DNA of 22,748 nucleotides from the IMG/VR virus record IMGVR_UViG_2534682096_000014; one strand, given 5' to 3'. The notes under the pieces are model-generated. The model was not told the origin of the DNA. It worked only from the letters and a program-made list of their open reading frames with translations, and did not search any database. Position numbers and translations under genes: made by a program. The DNA is from a virus (Duplodnaviria > Heunggongvirae > Uroviricota > Caudoviricetes). This document shows, one piece after another, positions 17,653 through 22,748 of the stretch. Every line of letters begins with the position of its first letter. The first letter of the stretch is position 1.

Positions 17653-18836
17653 CAGGCACCTCCCAGCACCGCAAATGCGGGACCAAAGAATTCATCAGTA
17701 AACGACTGGTAAAGCTCCATGTCTTCCAGCGGGGGAACAGGCGTATATTTGTAGCGAATACGCACGCGCCCCTGACGTAAATTCGTGGTGCCGTTATCCA
17801 CCACGTCATACCAGCACGACGCCCCAATCAGTTTCCCGGCAGTAACCAGTGAATCCAGTTTTGCCCTGATGGCACTGATAACATCTTTCACGTTCGCAGG
17901 CGTCAGTGGACTGTCGATGGTTTCAAACTGCGCTTCCGCAATTGAATCAGCCAGCACCTGTGCGGTTCGGGTATACACCTCAAAGATGTAGGCGTTCGTT
18001 TCCGGTGTGCGGTTGCCCCAGAAGCGGAACCCATTGCGACGAATAATGGTCGTGATTTCTTTGTTGTTGAGGCTGTTGGCATCACTGTCTTCGGCCTGCA
18101 ACGACCAGAACACATGCCTGGACATCCCCAGCACATTTTTAACCGGAACGTTGGACAGCGATTTGTGCCAGCCCTGCTCATGGTCAATGTACGCACGAAG
18201 GCCGCACGCATAGGCAGGCGCGGGGAACGTTTCGTTTTTGCCACTTTTCGGGTTGTAGGCGATGAAGTCCGGCCATAAGAGCATCACCTCACGTTCGTTG
18301 AATTTCTGGCGGTAGGTAATCGCCTCAGCCATCGTGTTACAGCCGTGACATGAGGCATACACAAACGCGCGCAGTTTACCCGCAATCACGCACAGGGATT
18401 TTGTTACCGCCTCCGTGTCCAGCTCCGGCGCGGCCAGAATACGCGGACGGTATCCGATGCTTTCATCCTGCTCTGCAACAAGCAGCGCATACATCCCCGT
18501 ATAGCTGCCGTCATCCTCAGAACCACCGATAACCAGTTGATCCTGCGTCTTTCCGTCTTCTTCTTTGTGTTCAGCCACGCGAACGACGATCACCTTTGTG
18601 CTCACCTGGTCTGCGATGGCCTTAAGCGCACGATAAAGCGTCCCCGTTGTCCCGCATTTTCCCAGCACGTCATTGACGCGGGTCAGCAGTGTGGGCTTGT
18701 TCAGCGGGAACAGCTTCGCATCCGCATCATCCGCCGTTGCCACGATACCGATAACACTGGAATCAACATCATTAATCGCTGTTACCAGGTCGGTACTTTC
18801 CGTAACACGGGCACCATGAAAACGAGTTTCACTCAT
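17652..18836 (-). CDS. FI: contractile tail sheath protein (gpFI-like)
   Basis: 394 aa, size as P2 FI; its stop overlaps the FII start. Confidence 0.85.
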   Translation of the reverse strand: MSETRFHGARVTESTDLVTAINDVDSSVIGIVATADDADAKLFPLNKPTLLTRVNDVLGKCGTTGTLYRALKAIADQVSTKVIVVRVAEHKEEDGKTQDQLVIGGSEDDGSYTGMYALLVAEQDESIGYRPRILAAPELDTEAVTKSLCVIAGKLRAFVYASCHGCNTMAEAITYRQKFNEREVMLLWPDFIAYNPKSGKNETFPAPAYACGLRAYIDHEQGWHKSLSNVPVKNVLGMSRHVFWSLQAEDSDANSLNNKEITTIIRRNGFRFWGNRTPETNAYIFEVYTRTAQVLADSIAEAQFETIDSPLTPANVKDVISAIRAKLDSLVTAGKLIGASCWYDVVDNGTTNLRQGRVRIRYKYTPVPPLEDMELYQSFTDEFFGPAFAVLGGA

Positions 18837-18992
18837 AGCTTCAGCCCCTTGTATCCGTTAAATGATTCGGCAACAATCATCACCCACCACGCGCGTAATC
18901 TCACCCCTGCGCCGTTCTCCCGCCACGGCGACAACAAAAAGCAGTAACCCCCTCCGCACGCACATGCGACCATGCCGCACAGGGAGGGAAAG

Positions 18993-20093
18993 ATGACCGA
19001 CACCACCATGCAATTGCTCAGTCAGGGCACAGACCCCGTGAAAATGCCGGATTTTGATATTCTCGCGGAGGGGAAAACGCTGTCCGGCGTGGCAGAGCGC
19101 CTGATGAGTCTGTCACTGACCGACAACCGGGGATTTGAAGCGGACCAGCTCACCATCACGCTGGATGATGCGGATGGTCAGTTGCAGCTACCGCCACGGG
19201 GCGCGCGCCTGACGGTTCTCATTGGCTGGAAAGGAGAACCGCTGACAGAAAAAGGCACTTACATTGTTGATGAAATCGCTCACGAAGGACCGCCGGACAG
19301 GCTGACTGTTTCAGCCAGAAGCGCAGATTTTCGGGATGAATTTAACGTTAAACGTGAGGTGTCCTGGCATGATGTGACCATTGAGCGTGTGGTATCCGCC
19401 ATCGCTCATCGGTATGGTCTGAAACCGCAAATCAGCGAAATGCTGATGGATATCGAAATCGACCACGCCGACCAGACTGAAGAAAGCGACATGTCCTTCC
19501 TTACGCGCATGGCGGAAATGCTGGGCGCAATCACCACGGTAAAAAGCGGTAATCTGTTATTCATCATGCCCGGCGGTGGCGTGAACGCACAGGGCCAGCC
19601 GTTGCCATCGTTCGCCATCACACGCAGCAGCGGCGATCGCCATCAGTTCCGCATTGCTGACCGCGAGGCGTATACGGGTGTACGCGCCTACTGGCTTGAT
19701 CTTAATTACGGGAAAAAGAAAAAAGTCAGCGTGAAACGCCGCAAACCGAAAAAGGAGAAAAGCAGCAGCCGGGAAGGCGACTATATGGAAGGCGCGGAAG
19801 GCAACGTGTTTGTGTTACGCAAGACTTATCAGAACGAGCAGGCAGCAAGACGTGCAGCGGCGGCAAAGTGGCAGCAGCTACAACGCGGAGCCGCAGCGTT
19901 CTCCATCACGCTGGCGTGTGGACGTGCAGAACTCTATCCCGAAATGCATGGCACGGTGACAGGCTTCAAAAGTGACATTGACAATCAGGACTGGATTATT
20001 GCAAAAGCCGAGCACACCATTGACAACAGCGGCTTTACCACTCAGCTTGAGCTTGAAGCAAAAATCCCGGAATGGATAGCAGAAACAGAGTAA
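18993..20093 (+). CDS. D: tail protein D (gpD-like)
   Basis: ORF 18972..20093; ATG 18993 follows GGAGGG by 5 nt; about 366 aa, comparable to P2 gpD. Confidence 0.8.
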   Translation: MTDTTMQLLSQGTDPVKMPDFDILAEGKTLSGVAERLMSLSLTDNRGFEADQLTITLDDADGQLQLPPRGARLTVLIGWKGEPLTEKGTYIVDEIAHEGPPDRLTVSARSADFRDEFNVKREVSWHDVTIERVVSAIAHRYGLKPQISEMLMDIEIDHADQTEESDMSFLTRMAEMLGAITTVKSGNLLFIMPGGGVNAQGQPLPSFAITRSSGDRHQFRIADREAYTGVRAYWLDLNYGKKKKVSVKRRKPKKEKSSSREGDYMEGAEGNVFVLRKTYQNEQAARRAAAAKWQQLQRGAAAFSITLACGRAELYPEMHGTVTGFKSDIDNQDWIIAKAEHTIDNSGFTTQLELEAKIPEWIAETE

Positions 20094-20287
20094 ACAACTT
20101 AGATGCATTAGCCCTGACATTTGTTAACGCGCCTACAGCAAGAATCATAACCAATCTGACAGCCTACCAAGTGTCAAAATCAGAAGTACCTTACATTAGA
20201 ATATGTTAATTTGTAGCAAACAAATTTACACACAAATGATTACTGCTGAAATAGCGCCCATAAATGCCATGTCAGAGGATCCATGTT

Positions 20288-20941
20288 ATGAATATGCAAC
20301 CAGCAGCCACAGTTGCTGCAGTCTGCCTTGCTGCATATTTTGCTTTACGAAATGAACGTAAAAAGAAAGCACTTGAGATTAGAACAACTCAACTAGATCG
20401 AATATCTGAGCTAGTAAACCGAGCATCTACCAATTTGATGCAATATACAGGTAGCCTTGCCTCTATACTGGAAGCGCGCGCCAAAGAAGATTATCGACCG
20501 AACAAAAAATTTGACATTAATGTAATTAGCAAATGGAAAGATTGCCTCGATGAGAGTGAGGTCTGGGCGATTGATATACAGCAACTCAGAGCATGTCAGC
20601 ACAGCCTGGAGTTTCATCGTGAAAAAGAATGGGCTGAATGGAAACAAATAATTCCACCATTACTTGATAAAATTGATCAATTCTTTCTCATATCTAAGCC
20701 AGGGCAACCTGTTACGTTTATAAATAGCCAAAACAAAACAGCTGATGAACTACTTGATTTCTCAAGATATTTGAGAGCTCAAACAGCAGAAATTGAATCA
20801 GTACGTCGGCAGTTACTTTCCCAAATGAGAAAAGAATTCAGCGAGTTGACTAGCTTTAGACCTATCACAATATTTAGCCTATTTAAATCAATAAAGAAAA
20901 ATGTCATGCAATTTTTCTGTATCGGCGCTCTTAAAAATTGA
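20288..20941 (+). CDS. hypothetical membrane-anchored protein, AT-rich cargo (moron) gene, function unknown
   Basis: ORF 20264..20941; ATG 20288 lies 8 nt after AGAGGA; N-terminal hydrophobic segment AATVAAVCLAAYFAL; clearly AT-richer than flanking phage genes; AT-rich upstream intergenic region and downstream hairpin. Confidence 0.5.
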   Translation: MNMQPAATVAAVCLAAYFALRNERKKKALEIRTTQLDRISELVNRASTNLMQYTGSLASILEARAKEDYRPNKKFDINVISKWKDCLDESEVWAIDIQQLRACQHSLEFHREKEWAEWKQIIPPLLDKIDQFFLISKPGQPVTFINSQNKTADELLDFSRYLRAQTAEIESVRRQLLSQMRKEFSELTSFRPITIFSLFKSIKKNVMQFFCIGALKN

Positions 20942-20956
20942 CGCTCTGTTGCAAGC

Positions 20957-20985
20957 AACCCCAGTGTTAAACTGGGGTTATTCTT
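20957..20985 (+). terminator. hairpin (aaccccag tgttaaa ctggggtt) followed by a weakly T-rich tract, downstream of the cargo gene
   Basis: 8-bp stem read directly from the sequence; U-tract is weak. Confidence 0.4.
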
Positions 20986-21090
20986 GCTAAGAGACCTTTC
21001 TACGGCATCAGTAAACAAAGCGAACTATCAGTTGGAGTCTGAGTAAGTTCAGCCTAAACTAGCGACAGTACTACGTTAAGGGAGGTCGCT

Positions 21091-21351
21091 ATGTTTCGTT
21101 GTCCGCTTTGTGGCGCATCTGCCCGTATCCGCACCAGTCGTTCGGAAAATGATTCAGATACCGTGCGGAAAAAATATTACCAGTGTAACAACCTGGAATG
21201 CGGCGTATGCTTCTCAACACTGGAGGCTTTCCATAAATTCACATCGAAACACGCCCCAGGCGTTCACTCTTCAGAGGGCATCCCGTGGAATGAGCTGCCA
21301 GCTTCGCACAGGGGAAACAACCAAATGAGTTTGCCCTTACCTCAGAATTAA
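21091..21351 (+). CDS. ogr: Ogr/Delta-family zinc-finger late transcription activator
   Basis: MFRCPLCG...YYQCNNLEC has the CxxC-N22-CxxxxC arrangement of P2 Ogr; GGGAGG RBS; 86 aa. Confidence 0.8.
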   Translation: MFRCPLCGASARIRTSRSENDSDTVRKKYYQCNNLECGVCFSTLEAFHKFTSKHAPGVHSSEGIPWNELPASHRGNNQMSLPLPQN

Positions 21352-21411
21352 CAGGCTGAATTGCCGGAGTAACAAAAAAGCGATAGATTACGCGCGGGTG
21401 CCTTTCGGCTG

Positions 21412-21624
21412 ATGGCTGGAGGGAATACCCGAAGGCCAGATGTGGAAAGGCCCCGGAAAACATTTCTGTTTAACCGAGGCCCTGACCATCTAACCTTAGC
21501 AAGTGATAGGTTAGCGCCTCCCCAAAAAAGGAGCAAGCGCTATGTCGCAAAAATCGCTTATGGCCATCACGTTCTGCGTGACGGTAATCCTCATCATCTG
21601 GATGCTGCACGGTTCGCTGTGTGA
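21412..21624 (+). CDS. mok-like overlapping reading frame of the hok-family locus
   Basis: 70-aa ORF overlapping the 5' two-thirds of the hok-like ORF in another frame, as in hok/mok/sok loci. Confidence 0.35.
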   Translation: MAGGNTRRPDVERPRKTFLFNRGPDHLTLASDRLAPPQKRSKRYVAKIAYGHHVLRDGNPHHLDAARFAV

Positions 21625-21682
21625 AATACGGATGAGCTTCTGGGGAGCGGAGTTTGCGGCGTTCTTACAGTGTAAGCAGTAA
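21542..21682 (+). CDS. Hok/Gef-family small membrane toxin (type I toxin-antitoxin)
   Basis: 46 aa MSQKSLMAITFCVTVILIIWMLHGSLCEIR...; single TM helix followed by the SLCEIR motif shared by Hok/Gef/RelF; AGGAG RBS 8 nt upstream; below the 60-aa cutoff of the ORF track. Confidence 0.6.
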   Translation: MSQKSLMAITFCVTVILIIWMLHGSLCEIRMSFWGAEFAAFLQCKQ

Positions 21683-21771
21683 GGAAACCGCGACGGGGGA
21701 GCAATCCCCCGTCAATCGGTTGCTAAGGCTGGCCGAAGTGGCACCCTATCCCATGGACACAAACAAGAAAA

Positions 21772-21802
21772 CCCGCAGCGTAAAAACTGCGGGTTTTCTT
21801 TT
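21772..21802. terminator. rho-independent terminator (cccgcag cgtaaaaa ctgcggg ttttctttt), probably bidirectional
   Basis: 7-bp GC stem followed by a T-run on the + strand; A-run on the other side. Confidence 0.5.
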
Positions 21803-21873
21803 GGAGCTCTCACTTAGCTAGGGTACCGTTAACAACACACATAATGCTCGCAAAACAAACCAGTTAAAAGTGA

Positions 21874-22155
21874 TTACTCAGCATTCTCCTGCTTCCATTG
21901 CCGGATCATTTCATCCGTAACATCACTCTCATAACATACCACGTCATACCCTCCAGTACGGCTATATGCACTGCGTCTACCACATCTACTACCATTCCTT
22001 GCATGATTATAAGGACACGCACAATTGCCTGGATACGATTCAATGGATTCTTTAATTATTTCTTTCTTGATCTGAGCATCAGACTTTCCTGTTGCTGCAT
22101 ACCCACTAAAAGATACCAAACAAAAACAGATTGCCATTAATAAACCACATCGCAT
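21874..22155 (-). CDS. hypothetical small secreted cysteine-containing protein
   Basis: ORF 21874..22269; likely start at the internal Met giving signal-peptide-like MRCGLLMAICFCLVSFSGYAA; CACPYNHARNGSRCG motif; AT-rich. Confidence 0.4.
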   Translation of the reverse strand: MRCGLLMAICFCLVSFSGYAATGKSDAQIKKEIIKESIESYPGNCACPYNHARNGSRCGRRSAYSRTGGYDVVCYESDVTDEMIRQWKQENAE

Positions 22156-22439
22156 ACCGATACACTCTATTACTAACCAATCATAACCCACATCATAAAA
22201 TCGAGATGTGGAGTACAACACCTTTAACAAGAAGGTGTCATAACGATAATATGCCGTGCAATTCATCAAAAAAAAGATCTATATCAAAGAGATAGAGCTC
22301 TTATCAGTGCTGCAGACATCGGCATTCGAGGCAGCAGAAAAACAGTAAATCTGACGATTTTGCCTTTTCTCAGGATGTTGTCAGATTAAAAAAGACAGAT
22401 TAGCGCAGGTACCTTTTGGTGGATGGCAGGAGGAAAAAT

Positions 22440-22545
22440 GAAGTCGAGTGGAAAAATCCCAGAAAAATTTTTGTTTAACCGAGGTCCTAGTTCACTATGC
22501 GAAATACGGAGGAGCTGCAGGAGAATTCGGCTTCATCCTTAGAGT
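22440..22545 (+). pseudogene. decayed second hok-family locus (leader region plus a C-terminal CEIR.. remnant, internal deletion)
   Basis: 22408..22495 is about 75% similar to the hok leader at 21408..21500 (shared gtttaaccgagg(c/t)cct); gaaatacgga matches the hok CEIR-coding region but the N-terminal half is missing. Confidence 0.35.
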
Positions 22546-22623
22546 TTAAACAGCACGTGCACTACTATTGTTTCTGCATATCGCCACACCATCGCCACTC
22601 CACCGCCATTGCACAAAATACAA

Positions 22624-22651
22624 ATACAAAAAAACCACCCGAAGGTGGTTT
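22624..22651 (-). terminator. rho-independent terminator downstream of the tRNA-Leu gene
   Basis: Minus strand reads aaaccacc ttcg ggtggttt followed by tttttgtatttg. Confidence 0.5.
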
Positions 22652-22695
22652 CACGACACTGCTTATTGCTTTGATTTTATTCTTATCTTTCCCAT

Positions 22696-22748
22696 GGTAC
22701 CCGGAGCGGGACTTGAACCCGCACAGCGCGAACGCCGAGGGATTTTAA
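22696..22748 (-). tRNA. leuZ: tRNA-Leu(UAA), 3' portion only (gene continues beyond the window end)
   Basis: Minus strand reads ...TTAAAATCCCTCGGCGTTCGCGCTGTGCGGGTTCAAGTCCCGCTCCGGGTACCA: anticodon loop with UAA, long variable arm, T-arm and ACCA end; matches my recollection of E. coli leuZ. Confidence 0.8.

Larger units (their letters stand above)
1..21360. mobile_element. P2-like prophage, late region (continues upstream of window; right boundary approximate, placed just after ogr)
   Basis: Contiguous set of P2-type structural, lysis and late-control genes in near-canonical order; different composition and gene content after about 21.35 kb. Confidence 0.8.

Noticed and set aside
18837-18992. 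Ogr-dependent late promoter element (TGT-N12-ACA) in the FI-D divergent region
   Set aside because: I could not find a convincing match by eye on either strand; only imperfect dyads are present, so no promoter is annotated.
20100-20287. LexA (SOS) box upstream of the cargo gene
   Set aside because: No CTGT-N8-ACAG-like motif found; only weak sigma70-like hexamers, reported as a possibility inside the finding.
22497-22748. 83-aa ORF at the window end
   Set aside because: It runs through the tRNA terminator and the tRNA-Leu gene and begins within the decayed hok remnant; not a plausible gene.

Overview
This window is almost entirely the late (morphogenesis and lysis) region of a P2-like (Peduovirus-type) prophage in an enterobacterial chromosome, ending in host DNA with a hok-family toxin locus and the 3' part of a tRNA-Leu(UAA) gene. 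All calls come from reading the supplied ORF translations and the raw sequence; no database search was run, and P2 protein lengths and N-termini quoted below are from memory. Gene order on the + strand is capsid scaffold O, major capsid N, terminase small subunit M, head completion L, tail protein X, holin, M15-type endolysin, spanins LysB/LysC, tail completion R and S, baseplate V-W-J-I, tail fiber H and its chaperone G. A roughly 3 kb invertible tail-fiber cassette follows (alternative fiber C-terminus plus alternative chaperone on the - strand, bounded by gix/hix-like inverted repeats) with a Pin/Gin/Hin-family invertase gene beside it. The tail module U-T-E/E'-FII-FI lies on the - strand, inverted relative to canonical P2 order, and is followed by D, an AT-rich cargo ORF of unknown function, and ogr on the + strand. 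The most interesting items are (1) the AT-rich membrane-anchored cargo gene between D and ogr, (2) the inverted tail module with the invertase gene at one breakpoint, (3) an apparent 1-bp frame disruption fusing the LysC frame to the body of R, and (4) the nested inverted-repeat architecture of the host-range switch.
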